From assembly GCA_973851085.1 (NCBI GenBank), contig OZ316776.1, positions 10,230,001 through 10,294,000 of the forward strand: a stretch of 64,000 bases of DNA. The letters run 5' to 3'. The stretch is from Ptychomitrium polyphyllum. Taxonomy: Eukaryota. How positions within the stretch are numbered: the first letter of the stretch is position 1; each line of letters starts with the position of its first letter. This document shows, piece by piece, positions 50,301 to 64,000 of the stretch. The notes beneath the pieces are model-generated. The model was not told where the DNA came from, did no database searches, and worked only from the letters and a program-made list of their open reading frames with translations. A program made the position numbers and the translations under genes.

Positions 50301-53300
50301 ATAGGGTCTCGTCACAACCGTGATGAAGTGGACGACGTGGATGGAGGTTTCGGTGGATGGGGCAGTGGGAATGGTACAGTGGTGGAACCTGGAAAATCAG
50401 TAGCCCTGTATCAACAAGGCAGCGTTGAGGAAATCTTAAGCAGAAAAAGGAACAGTGGCTTGCTTAGAAATGCAGAACCTGCTAAAATGTTTGAGGTTTT
50501 GCTGCAACATCGCATGATCTGCCTCCAGATAGAGGGCACGTCCCGACCTTCACCACCCTTATCGATTGATCTTGTGGGGTCTCGATCGTTTGAAGCATCC
50601 TTTTCGGAAAATCAATCTGGGGATATTTACAATTCAAGCTCAAATAATACTCCAGGAAACATTTCGAGGCAGAATTCTTTCCAGAAACTGGAAGCAGACA
50701 ATCGTGACAAGGGTGATGTGTTCCGCACCCCTGTTGTTTTTGAGGTTACTATTCAGCGATATAGCAAGTTGGTCCGCCTCTGCTCAACAGTAAGTCATTG
50801 TCTATCATGAGATAAACTTGATGATGAGGCTTGAATAGTGCTAGCTGCTTAGCAGGTTCAGTTGAAATGTTTTTCTTATTGGGATCTTTCCTGAATCGTT
50901 TGGTGATTTATGCTCTTAAATGAGCAAGCACGAGATATACGTCTTAGTGCTCCTAGACCCATATGTTGATGGCTGGTTGACCAAAGTCCCATGGTTCTGC
51001 CAATGTCATTTATTTTTCATATCGAGGTCAATTCGTGTCATAATCACAAAGATTGACATACTTTGGTAGCCTAATAGCTAATTAAACTTTATCTTCAGAA
51101 AAGCTAATGCTGAGTGACTTGTTGTGACAGGTGTCGGTGGTCAACATGATATCGGTGCCTCTGGAAGTTCGATTTGACATTCCTTTTACGATTTCACCTA
51201 AGGTTAAACTCTAATGACTAAACATTGCTTCATATGATTACTTCAAGTTTTGCGTTATTTACTATGCTTACAAAACCTTTGGAATTGGTGTCTGCTCAGG
51301 TGATGGAACCAGTACTCCCAGGTCAAGTGATGCCTCTTCCTATCCACTTGGCTCAAACTGGGAAGATGCGGTGGCGACCCCTAGGAAACAATTACGTGTG
51401 GAGTGAAGTGCAGTCCATAAGGCACTTGCTACAATCATCAGAATCTCCGCAAGGGCTACATCGCCCCGTGCTGTGTTACCCAAACAGCCGCATCAGTCGT
51501 CCATTTCGGTGTTGTCTTTCAGTTAGTCATTCCCCCATTGCTGGTGTTGACAGTAGCTTTGGAGAGCTGACACAAGATCCCCTTGAAGTGGGAAGAGTTT
51601 CAATGGGAAGACCAAAAGAGTTCAAGCTTTGTGACATAGCTCTACAAGCTCCACTTGTGGTTAAGAATTGTCTTCCATTGCCTGTTCTGATCACCGTTGA
51701 CAGCGGGACGGGTTCTGTTGTCAACCACACGGCTGCTGAGGCATGTTCATCCTACATATCCTCACCTTTTTTTGTTGTGTTCTTGTCAGAGTGGGAAGTA
51801 TCCATCACACAGTCTGGATATGTCGGCCATAATTTTGAAGATGCTCATTTTTGAGATCTTCGTATTTTTAGTGAGTAGTGTCCTGTTGTAATAGTATGTT
51901 GGTAGATATGTGTTTATGGATCTACAGGATATTTTTCTCTTGCCTGTGAATTCCATACGTTGTGCTCAGTTTTCTGATTCTCTATCCTTGTCATCTCTCG
52001 GGGTAAGCTTTCTAGTGAAGGCTAACGAAGTGTTATTTGGGTCGAAATTTTTCTTGTCATTTTGGCAGAAACCCATCATAAAAGGTAGCTTTGTGCTCAC
52101 GGCGTACAAATTAATCTTAACTATTGATCTGGGTGGTATAAACCATCAGTTTGTAGATCCAAAGAAGTGTACTTGAAACCTTTGTCGTTAGAGACGAGTT
52201 TTAGATTCTCTTACACAAGTACTGATTTTGGTATTTTGGTATATTAACCTTAAAATTGTGGATGCGCAGGGCGACTCCAAGTTTGTATATGATATAGACA
52301 CAGTTCACAACCTCAGTGTCACTTTCCGTGTTCGTGGGTTTTTAACAAGCAGTGCAACCGTCATGCAATCGGCACAGTCTATTGCAGAATCTAGTAGGCG
52401 GTCAGACAGGGAGGGTCGTATTAGAGCATTTGATACTGTGAACTTCTTCCCCGAAATCATGTCCGGTGAGCTTTTTATACTGCAAGTCCGCATATCTAAT
52501 TTTCTCCTCAGGCTGTGACTTGTTGTAGATCATGTGTTTTCTGGATTATGTTCAGTCATGTCTTCTTCATGTATCACTTGTATTCATTTAAGAATCTTGG
52601 ACGTCTTTGAGGGAACAAACATGGCGTTGGGCTTCTCAGTGATATATCCTATGGCATGTGCAGACCCTATCGTTGCTGCTGAGGTGGAATTTACGATCAA
52701 TATGATAAGCGGCACTCGTGAAATCTGCATAAGTGTGCCCTTTTGGCTCTACAATTGTAGCTCTTTCAATTTGGCCGTGATAGATGGTGATGTGGATGCT
52801 TTTTCTGGACGCCAAAAATATCTTGAAAAAGTTCCGACAGAGAGTGCTGATAAAGAGAATCAACAGATAGATATAAGGCCAGGGCTTGCTAGCTTGCAAA
52901 CAGGTGAGCAGCAAGCCGGAGAAATAAGCTTCGGATGGTATCCTAAACGTGGTGTGCGGTTAATTTCTCAGAGAACGAACTTATCAAATAGGAAACTGAT
53001 CGACGCCAAAGAGTCGATTTCATTGAAAGGTGAAAATCTTGATGATTATTGGGGGTTACTTGTTCCTCATATGTATTCACCAGTCAAAGGAACAGAATCC
53101 AGCGAGCACAGGTTAAGGTTAAGGGTTGTGCATCCTGTGAACATGGAAACCCGTAACTCAATCGAGCAGTCATGGTCGCGGCCTTTCTCTGTGGATGTTC
53201 CAGATGGAACCACCACAGTGACAGTTCCTCGTCCTCAAAACCAAGGAGCATATGTGTTCTCTGTCATTTGTAACCCTGTACTTGGATCTGGTGATGGAAA

Positions 53301-56300
53301 ATCGAAAACTGTGACCTTCAGACCAAGGTAGTGTCTCCTTACTCATTTATGCAATTCTATTATCTAGTATTGTTTTGGTTTGAAGTAATAGCTTCAGGCA
53401 CAAGGAATTAGTAAATTGATTTTGAACGGTTTCGATTCTCTTCTTCCTCCAATATGCAGATTCCTATTAGCAAATTCGTGCAAAAGAAATCTTTGTGTAA
53501 AGCAGCAAGGAACTGATCCATTCGAGCGTCTCCCTGTCGGTCAACACTGCCATTTGCATTGGACTGATATGACCAGGTATGGTTGTTAATTTGGCGTTGA
53601 TCAATATGTTTGATCATGTGGATCTAATTATTGCTTCACACTCACGTGAGAAATATAGAGATGTGTTTTGATTAAAGCTTCTTGATTAATTTCTGCAACT
53701 GTTCGTGGGATGAGAAGGACTCGATTGCATAAAATAAATGATCCAGTTCATCTTTCAGTTGTGTGATGGGGAAGCTTGTTTCTGATATTATATTGCTCAT
53801 GGTATGCAGGGCGTTGCTAGTATCTGTGCGCTTTAGCGACCATGGATGGGATTGGTCGGGTGGATTTGCCCCAGACCAATTAGGCGATACTCAAGTGAAA
53901 GTGCGGAATCATAAATCGGGTGCCACCCAGATGCTTAGGGTGGAAGTTAGCACCATGACGCCGTCAGATACGAGCTCAAATAAGGGTGTTGCTCCAGGAA
54001 GTGGTAACTTGGGCACGTGTCTAATCCTTCTCTCAGACGATGAGACGGGGTTTATGCCATACCGCATTGACAACTTTTCTATGGAGGTGGGTTTATGATC
54101 TGAGTTTCTTGCAATGTCTACTTTGTGAGTAGACTTCTCACAGCAGTCTCCACAATTAATGTGGCAGTATCAGATGGCTCAGTGTCCTATTTCTCTCAAT
54201 CATTAGATTTGACATGTTCTACATTAATAATCTCTTTCCGTGGCTTGTGGTATTAAACTTATGAATTTGGTTCATTTGGTTGATGAATAGAGAATTCGCT
54301 TTCATCAACAGAAGTGCGAAAAAATGGAAAACATGTTGCACCCATACAGCTCATTCTGTTACGCATGGGATGAGCCCTGCGACCCCCATCGCCTTGTCCT
54401 TGAGGTATTCAGAAGGCGCATCATTCTCATGTGCTATCCTTGTTTCCAATGTTGTGACTGTCCTGGTTGTTGGTATATTATTATTTGAGCCTTTTTTGTT
54501 ATGAAGCTTTAATCTACTGGATATTCTTGCCCATGACCATCTCCAATGTTTTCAATTGACTTTGAGTAACTTTTGGTGTCGTTGTGCTGATCTTACTTTA
54601 CCATGGAAAATTACATTGTTCAATTAGATCCCTGGTGGAGGGCCTTTAGGGGTGTATGGACTGGACGAGGTGAAAGAATATTCTCCAATTACATTACTGT
54701 CGACTTCGCAGGTATGGCATATATCAATGTTTTAGAAAAAGCATTGGCATTGTATGTTCTTTTATTAAGCATGTGATTATGACTTGTTAATGAAACTGAA
54801 AAATACAAGTGTGTACTTGCAGAAGCCTGAGAAAACATTCATAGTCTCAGTTCGAGCCGAGGGACCAATTAGGGTAATCGTTTATCTTTCTTGTCCCGCC
54901 ATCAGTCACTTTTCGTAACGTTTTGACGATTACAAGTTTTATACGCCATGAGTAAATATAGTCCAATACTTGAGTCAAAATGCTTTTCGCTCTAATCTTA
55001 AACAGATTTAAGAATCCTGATCAGATTTTATTTTATTGTGGGTTCAGGTTCTGAGCATTGCTGATACATCATTGCACCTGATGAAGAGCCTTTCAGGGAG
55101 TAGCAGCGTTTTTGCGTCAAATCAACCCTTTGCTACCCCATGTAGTCGCATTTTGGAATCTACTGTGATGGACACAGAATCTGTCAAGGAGCTCTTTGTT
55201 GACTTTTCCTACATAGGAGTGTCCCTTATTGACTCTGTTCCACAGGTATATATTTGGTGCGATATCTACTTGAGTGATCACTTGAATTATATCACCTGGC
55301 TTATTGCGTGACTTATCGACATTGTTCATATTTGTCGAATTGTTGAACCACTTCTTTTAGTTTACCGATGCTGCCACTCATGTTCAAACCTGCGACGAAT
55401 GAAGCGTTACTTCTCTTAGGACCTACTGCATAGCGATCTGGCCTTACTACTTCTAGAGCATTGAATGCTGGATGTTTGGAGCTATTGACTGTTATTGCAC
55501 GCTATCCCCAATAGAATGCTGAGTACGTCGTGGTCACCCTGACATTTTTCTGTAACTGCGGTTTCTCATATGAAGTGAAATCTATGCAGGAGATCATTTT
55601 CGCATGTGCGAAGGGATTAAGTTTTCAGCTCACACAAGGGCAACATCAGCAGCAGGTTAAGCTGGAAATCGCTGTGATCCAAATTGACAATCAGCTCCGT
55701 TTTGCTGTTTATCCAGTCCTGCTCTCAAGCACCTATCCATATGCTAAGCTAGACGAGGTTGACAACAGTACCAAGGTTGGGAAGGATTTGAAGCCTTCAG
55801 AGGGCGCTTCCCTGACCTTACTTGTTGCAAAATGGCGCCATCCTGCAGGCTCCGTTGACTGCTTCCAGTGTATTAGTCTTCGGTTGGTTTACATGCAGCC
55901 TCCTCCTTGCAAGTTTACCTTTTCTGGTTGTTATGAGTATTCGTGTTATTACTACTTAAGCAACGCATGCTTTTCTATTAATAATACGTAACAGTGACCG
56001 TTCGTCAGCATTGTATCCTTTGCGTTTGTACTGTATTCTGCTGCTAAGATAATATTCATTACAGCTAGGGCGTTATAGTAGCAGTGCTTTTCGTGCTGTT
56101 CAGGCTTGTGCCCATGCGATTGGAGGTGGAAGAACAGGTTGTTTCAAACTTGCTTAACTTTATGGACAAAGCAATGGAGAGTTTTCCAGGTATTAAAATG
56201 GATAAGCTGGGTTCATCGAAGGTGCCAGCGTGGTCGTTACTGCGGTGGAATCGTTTCAATGGTCAAGATCAATTTGCTGGTCGGCCTTGGAAATTTGATG

Positions 56301-59300
56301 TCGTCCAGGTTTCAACAATCCAAAGTAGAGATGTAAGCTTTAGAAAGGTTGTTAAGCGCTTGGAGGAGCATCAGTGCTGGGCAGCGGCTGCAGCAGTAGA
56401 GCCAGTAGGTGGGCCACACCAAAAGCTGCCGTTGCTGGTGAAGGAGAAATCTAAGGCCTACATAGAAATGCTGCATATCAGCCCTATTGAATTGACCGTG
56501 AGGTTTGTCCTGCATCTATTCATCTTAGTGTCGGTAGTCTCTCTACAGGGTCCTCTGTTTTATTCCAGTTTATGTATGTCGACAAATGAGAGTTTGGTTT
56601 AAGGTTGATCTGAATTGCTAATTAAATCTATGCATGTCGTTTACGTATTATTTGAATGAAGGTTTTAGTATTTTTGTGAGAAGCGCTAAATTTTCTGGGT
56701 ACTGTTTTTGGGGTTGGTTATTAGCTTCTCAAGCACACCATGGCTATCCAATCAATCTGGATCGACAACAAAAAATTCACTACTTTGGATGACCGGGATG
56801 ATGCTTCAGGTGCTTCATCCAGTGTTTACTCTTCCTTAATGTTTGTACTCTATATATTGTTGGTCATATCTGCAGTCTCTTCCCTGAGAACATATGGAAT
56901 TTCTCATAAAAAATAAAGTCACCTGGTTGATGCGTTATCTAGTATGTTGGCTTGAAGTTACCAAACTTAATTATTAAAGTGGCATTTCAATGCTGATTGG
57001 ACAAAGTTGAATTTCTACACTTGTGTCTAGACTTCATAATCTTTTGAACACTGCTAACAGTAGTAAAAATGTGTTCGTCATTAATAGCACCATGTGATGG
57101 CCATTGCTGATGCGGAAGATGCCGTCATGAATTTGCGGCGGTTGTCATTGGCACACCCTTTGGCAAGTTGGGATGCAATAAGAGGAATGATCACTCGACA
57201 TTATACTCTACAGCTTTTACAAGAAGTTTATAAGGTAGGCTGTCTAATTGGACAATGGAGCCTGTTTGTTGGGTAGTTGTATGATAGGTTAATTAGATCT
57301 TGTTAATCTTGTAAGATGTTTGTGGTAATGGTGATCGTTCTTTGACAGAACAACTATACTCTACAAGAGAAAGGTAGAGAGAGCATGTTAAGTTGATGAG
57401 AAATCTTTCTGACACTTTCGATCCTGTACAGGTAGTTGGATCTGCTGATGTTCTTGGAAATCCAATTCATTTTGTCCGCACTCTAGGTTCAGGCATGTGG
57501 GATTTTGTATCAACACCGGCAAAAAGCCTAAAGCAGGCATGTTCAATTACAGTCCACCTATTCCGGTTTAAATGTTACTGATTGTGACCTAAAAGCTTGG
57601 AGACGAGCCTGTAGGACTACTAACCTTTTATATTTTATCGACAGGTTTTCATAGGTTAATCTCTTATGCTTGCCCTGGTTAAGAATTTATCAATGTTTCA
57701 AACAAATTGTGTCATAGATTGCTTACATAGGTTGCTGATTTCTGTTTCTTCTCCGGCTTTATGATCTCAGAGTCCCAGGCAGTTTGCAAGGGGATTTGTT
57801 CAAGGGACGCACAGCCTTTTTAGCAACACAGTTTTTGCATTTAGTAATGCAGCCACTCGTATGAGTAAAGTCGCTCGCAAGGTATTTTTCAACATTTAAA
57901 TCCTGTGCGAGATAAGAGGTGAACAGATAGTTGGAAAGTTAACTTGTAGTCTTTAGTTTGTGAAGTAATTTTGTGGCAATTGCATTTTGTACAGTATGAA
58001 GTTGTTAGGAATGGATTTTTCTTGGAGTCTAGAACTGAATGTAGTTTAAGATTTTAGCGGAATAAGGAGCATGTGATATTGACATGCTTTTGCAAGTTCA
58101 TAAGCAAATATTGGATCGATTTTTCCAAAATCTGCTACTCACAGCGATGGAACTAACTGCTGCATCATTCAGACTGTCACAGCTTTTGCTTTTGATAAGG
58201 AGTATGTCGACAAAATGGAACGCCGTGAACATTTACATGGAATGGAAGATCTTAGCGTTGTCAATGAGTTTCTGGAGGTGCGTATGGGCATGAATCTTTT
58301 CGCAGATTTAATCTTAGTCACTCTTACCTTCTACTTTTTAACTACAGCAGTGCTTGCATTTGATTACATCCAATTTGGTAGTGGTGAGTAACCATGGTGA
58401 AAAATTAGTTCTGAAGGGAAATGCATGAAAGGAAATATTTGAGGTTGAAAAAATCACGCAGCTTCTGGTGATTAGCATTAGCCTCTGAAATATCTAGTTG
58501 GTTCTTTGTAGTCCATTTCCTTGAACCAGTTTAATATTTTGGAGTCGCGTAAATTGAAGCCACTTGTGGTAAAGTCCTCCTAATGCTATCAAAGCTTTAT
58601 AGCAAGGTAATGCTTTTAGAGTCTGATGGATACTTTTAACTGTAAGATGACCAAGTTGGGCAGAGTTTGTTTGGATAGGAAACATCAACATTGGTAAGGA
58701 CGTTTTTCTGTCTTTCCTTTGTTTATTGTGTCTCTGGTTTCTGGGAAGCAGGGTTTGACAGGGCTACTACAATCTCCTGTTAGAGGAGCTGAAAGAGCTG
58801 GCCTTCCCGGAATGTTATCCGGTACTCGTCTGAATTTTGCATCCTATATTCGTTCTCATGTTTACCTTACCGCCATATTTATTTCACCTGCCTTGTCCGT
58901 TTGTTATATCCAGTTTCTAGGATACATCCAACCGAGCATGTGATTATTTTCATATAATTTCCTGGAGTTTAGATTACTGATGATGGTGCAATATCATTAA
59001 CCGGTTAAGTTTGAAAATATATAGCATCTCCGAATATACCACAGTTTTGCGTATAGCCTAAATTATAGCACATCTTTTGCTGTTTGAATCATTTCAAAAA
59101 ATGTTACCTTGTCTGTCTGCTAGTAGAAACTTACTGTTGATCGTCCTTATTGATCATACAGGAGCTGCAGTAGGAGCTTTAGGAGTAGTGGCAAGGCCAG
59201 TTGCTAGTATCCTAGAGGTGGCCAGTAAGACTGGCCAAAGCATTGTCAATCGAAGTAGCCCGAAGCAGTGGCGGGCTACCCGCATTCGCCTACCGAGGCA

Positions 59301-60008
59301 CTTGAGAGAGGACTCCCCTTTGCTCCCGTACTCCTGGGAGAGCGCAGTGGGGAGGGCAGTGCTCTTGGAGACCGATGGTGGCTGTTTTCGGAATGAGGTA
59401 AGCTCGGTAGCCCAATATCCACACTGATCTCTTTCGTTTTCTTTTCAAAAAACAAAATTAATTACAGCACATTAAATGGTGCATGTGAGTATGGTGTTTC
59501 TATTCAATGTTGTTTATCTGTGAGTCAGTAAAACTTCAACATTGTTTACAGTAGGGATGGCCTTTGCATTTATAGTTAGTCAAGTGAGTCTAAATGTTAA
59601 AAATGATGTACTTCCAAGCAGGTTCTTGTGTTGTGTTTGCCGCTGGCTCATGGAAACGAGTTTGTGTTGTTAACACAAACACGGTTACTCAAAGTGAGCA
59701 GTGTTAAAGTGGACTACCTCTCCAGTTTCAAGTGGCATATGGAGTTAGTAGCGGCGGTGGAGGATATCCTGCATATGGACCACGTGGACAACCGTGTGAA
59801 TGTGCTACTGGGTCCAGCCAGGCGGGAGTTTGTTAGAACCCAACACTACTCAGGGTTAGGTCACAAGGTCATGTCCCTTCCAGCACATGAAACCCTGGAG
59901 TTTCTTGATAAAGGTGCCCTAGAGCAGTTCCTTGCTGTCCTGCACTTCCTTGAAAATCGTTTGCAGCACAGCCGATCCACCATTTTGATATCAACACGGA
60001 CGCTATAA
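35379..60008 (+). CDS. VPS13: VPS13 family bridge-like lipid transfer protein, SHRUBBY/VPS13S-type (>40 exons)
   Basis: Chorein_N start MLGSVVYQVLAGYLGYYVKDMQREQFRIGLWS|GEVLLENVDLRLEAFDSLQLPLSIKQ|ASIGKLRIHVPWKKLGWEPI. Internal YGRFRP...LWQYAIDAVL. VAB/SHR-BD region TVTFRPR|FLLAN...LHWTD...WSGGFAPDQLGDTQVKVRN...PYRIDNFS...YAWDEP. C-terminal GSADVLGNP, GLTGLLQSP, ARPVASILE, RIRLPR and a PH-like tail. TAA at 60006-60008. Confidence 0.93.
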
Positions 60009-61418
60009 CAGATTTCAAGCTGTGAATGGAACATGTTCACGGTCCTCGGTGATGGTGACTTCTAATGATCTAGAATTAGGTTCTTCAGCTGTAGAAATCA
60101 GGTACTTGTTCGCTTACTAGGTTCAGAAGTAACCAGCTTCTGGTAACGACTTTTACGTCAAGCTGTAAACAGCACAATATGAAGACTTGAATCCTGTTAG
60201 TGAGCACCTTGGTGAGGTTCGAGGTAGCAGTTAAAATTTTGATCGTATCATTATAGAGACATTATCAATGTTGCAGATTGAGTCATTTTATCATTGATCT
60301 GTTCCAAATGTTAATGCTAGCTTCTCCAGTGTCCCGTGTATCTGAAATTTCTGCATACATTTTCTGCATGATTAGGAACGCAGCCCTCAGTCTGGATTAT
60401 TCTTGTGACCGATATGGTTAGGAGCTCAGGGTATACTTTTTAGTTGTTTGTGTCTACTTCAACATAGATTAAAATCTTTAGGTCTTGAGCATTTGACATA
60501 CAATGGGGCACCTGTGGTCATTCACATGAGGCATGTGCTTGCAAAATAATGAAACAGTTTATAAATTTGATTCCAGTACAAAAGATTTGTGGAGTGATTT
60601 GATACTGGTGTACCCTGATATTGAAAACTTTTGTGGGGTACCATTGGGGCTACTTCCTGTGTAAGTTCCATATTTAGGGCCTGGCCCATGTCCAAAAAGT
60701 ATATTTCAGTCCTACAGAGTGGAACTCCCATATGCTTGGTAGATTTGTTTAAAACTTTTTTTTCTCAAAAAACATTTCACGGTTTGAGAAAGTAACTATG
60801 TTACTGCCATGTGATCTTTAAATTATTAAGTTTTAGAAATCGTGGAAAATAATTTTTTATGTACTCCAAAATGGATATATGAAGTAGTAAGGAATGGGAA
60901 ATAGGCATATTTAGTAATGAGATTGACCATCCTTATTTAATGTGATATTTACTAGTGGAGTAACAAAAGCCAATACCATTGAAACCTCAGTTGAAGTCAA
61001 TTTCAAAATAATAGTCTCTTTCAAAGTAATGGGAAATATTTCTTAGAATAATCCAAATAATGAAAGAAACATGATGTTCACATGGCTTGGTTGGAGAGTT
61101 GGTAAGTATGACAACTACCGGGCATTGTTGGAATCACAAGCAAGATAACTTTTGACTATTTACCTCTTTGAGTATTTGTAACCTTAGGTTTCACAACCAC
61201 TAGAATGCCATGCATATCTACAAAATGCTGCACATTTATAACAAAATATCTGACACTACTGCTATACTGCTAGGGCTCGGTAGCTTAGTACAAAGTACAT
61301 GAAAAGAGAAAAGTTTTCACCCATGGGCCATTCCCAGTCACAGTGTGTAAGAAAGTTCTACATAACTGCAGATGAAAATATTGCGCCAAGTTATCATCCT
61401 CTCTGACAGAAACCGATG

Positions 61419-61694
61419 ACGTGGCGCGTGGATGGATGAACATGGATGGCGCGCACAAAGCCACCAGATTGGTCAAGCTCACCCCTCAAGAACACACGCG
61501 CAGCCTCCAGCCTCGTGACGACCACATCTACTTGCATTGAACAAAAACAAAGCCCTTGGCACCAGAGGCCCCTGCCACGGCTGCCACTTGGCAGACGATG
61601 GTGGTGCCCACCTGTTCCGGGATTTGCATGTCTCGTTGTTTGTAACATGTTTCTGGGCTCACATGTAGTATTGCTCGTCGCAGCGGACACGCGT
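61419..61694. promoter_or_regulatory. ABRE / CE3-like motif cluster in an isolated GC-richer island
   Basis: ACGTGGC (61419-61425) overlaps CGCGTG (61425-61430). CACACGCG at ~61493, GCCACTTGGC at ~61583, and GGACACGCGT at 61685-61694 (reverse complement ACGCGTGTCC, the CE3 core). Confidence 0.35.
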
Positions 61695-64000
61695 CTTGCT
61701 CCTATAGGGTGCTGCACCCTGTTATTGACGTTCCATAGTAGACTCTGTGGAGCAGTATCATGCTTGGAATAATAATGGTACTGTGCCAAATCTTGACATG
61801 AAGCTTCTTCGGAACCAAGTATGACATAAATATTAACGGTTTTTTCTTTGAATGCTTTTTTTCTCTTCCAAATGCTTTTACCTTGTTTTTCAACTACTTT
61901 AAAACTGAATTGGTAAGGTTTTTGGACTTGTCTAGAAAAGGTTCTCTCTTTTGCTTTAGAATGGTTTTTTAGCATGGTTTCAATTCAAGAACATGATAAG
62001 TTTTGAGAATGGTGTTTAACCTAGGACATAGGATTTTTTTGAAGGGCTTTACTTTCCAACTACAATACTGATTTTTAAATAGTTTTCTGATTTTCTTACA
62101 CTCTCAATTTTGTTTTGTTTTATTGTCTATGTCTTATGGCCAATTAGCATGGAAATTGCTAGTAAAAGTTACATGGATGAGAGTTGTAATCATGTATAAC
62201 TAAAAAAAGTATAATTAGATTCATATATGATCACATTCGTTTTGAAAGTTTGAAAAGCTTTTGTTACAAAAAAACTAAGTTCACTTACAAAAGTATCAAG
62301 TTAAATTGTATTTTAAAAGGGTGTGTTTAGAAGTTGATTTCTACAAATGGTATTCAAGATTAATTAATATTGGAGACATTTTAATGGTTTAAGATTTCTT
62401 TACACAATTAGAATATTAAGTTTCCAACTAACAATTTTTCTTTGTAGTCTTAAAGAAACAAATATAAAAGCTTATGTATTTATCATGTTTTTAAACTTAC
62501 ATTGAATTGCTTAAAAAATAATCTTTCATTTTTGATAAAACAAAAGTCCTCAAAATACATGAATATTGTTTATATTGATGGCATGAACACCTAAAATAAT
62601 TTTTACATTCAAAAAAATGGAAAAATGAGACATATGCTCAATATGCTTTGATTTATGTGGAGATTTCAATTTGTTATAGAATAACACTCATAATCATCTA
62701 CCATTGTGTAATGCTTACATTGAACTTCAATCATGTTCTCATTGTCCAACTTTGATATTTTTTAAATGTAATTTTTAAACATGGATATGTTTATATTAGA
62801 AATCTATAAATTTAATTTATAATTCTATATTGCAAATTTTGAGAAATTTATGTTCATTTGGTTTTCTTAACAAACAATTTTATTTTTATACATTTTATGT
62901 CATCATCTTGTGCCATCATTTTTATATATTACATATTCTATATGTATTCTATAATTGAACAATCAAGTAAACAAGACTAAAAAAAATTTATTCTTGGACA
63001 AGATTTTGGAATTTTACTTGAATTTTATTGTTGTTATATATTTGCTAAGGAAATATACATAAATATATATCTAAAAATTTAATTGGATAACTTTAAGGAT
63101 CTAAAATTTGAATAAAAAATCATAGATCTAAAAGAAAATTAAAAAAAGCATTGATACTATAAATGCTAAAGTTCAAAAAATATATTCAAAACAAATAATT
63201 CATTAATTTGATAGACAAATGTTTACCTTTTGAAGATTGTATTATAATTTTAAACATTTAAATGGATTATTTTAATTAGAAAATTGAAGCAATTTTTGAA
63301 TTGCAAAAATTGAATTGGAAGTATTTTACAAAATTACAAAAATATTATGTTTTGCAAAAAAAAAAAAACAAACCAAACAAATAAACAAATTAAATTAAAG
63401 AAAAACTTATTATTGGCAATTTGTGCTTGAAATTTGATTGACAACCAAAAAGCCCCTAACTCTAATGATAATTATCTATGAAAAGGTTATAATAATTAAT
63501 AAGCTATTTAAGCTACCATCAACAATACAAGCTTAACAAATTGTGTTATGCAATGTTTTTTGTATGTTGTTAAAATAAATATGGACAATTTGAATTATAT
63601 ATGATAATATCATTTCATTATACAAATAATATTTTATTTTCTTATTTCTAGCATTATTGTACATTACATGTGACCATTCTTATTTATTTAAGTATTATAT
63701 CATAAAGCAAATAAACGTATTTGCAAAATTTGTTCATCTATAGTTTTTTTGAATACATAGATTTGTAATTTGTTTGCAAAAGTAGTTTGAATCTTATATA
63801 TCATGAATTTTACTCATTTTGAAGAGGTCCAAAAAAATACACAAGATGAATGAATCATTAAATAATTTTGATTCCACCAAAATATACTATTAATTTTTGA
63901 ACTGTTTATATTGAGTACAATTCTTCTTGGTCCATATAATATGTTATGCATCTCAAATTTCATAAGACTAAACCTTTAATTTTATTAATTTCATGAATCT

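Noticed and set aside
61394..61975. 193-aa minus-strand ORF
   Set aside because: Non-ATG start, heterogeneous composition spanning AT-rich and GC-rich DNA, and no recognisable family.
62000..64000. Very AT-rich tracts (also 1-780, 28950-29870, 32280-33900) as Helitron or MITE remnants
   Set aside because: I could not identify termini, hairpins or TSDs, so they are left as unannotated intergenic DNA.

Overview
Intron-rich plant nuclear DNA, most likely a moss (Physcomitrium patens-like; inferred from the LTR family, intron style and protein sequences, not from a database search). Four intact multi-exon genes were reconstructed by hand from splice sites: (1) centromeric CENH3-loading factor KNL2 (+, 5440-11206; SANTA domain plus CENPC-k motif); (2) a secreted, Cys-rich nucleoside phosphorylase/MTA-nucleosidase-fold protein (+, 17267-19793) that keeps the catalytic motifs; (3) aconitase (-, 21571-28019) with a long organellar transit peptide and a second in-frame start; (4) a ~25 kb VPS13/SHRUBBY-type lipid-bridge gene (+, 35379-60008) with three GC-AG introns. 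Also present: a decayed F-box-like pseudogene (-, ~11.8-13.6 kb), four solo LTRs of one family (two with perfect 5-bp TSDs; two lying 10 bp apart inside an older element), a possible spliced non-coding transcript divergent from KNL2, and an orphan ABRE/CE3 cluster near 61.5 kb. I see no clearly new multi-gene system. The most novel-looking item is the secreted nucleosidase-fold enzyme.
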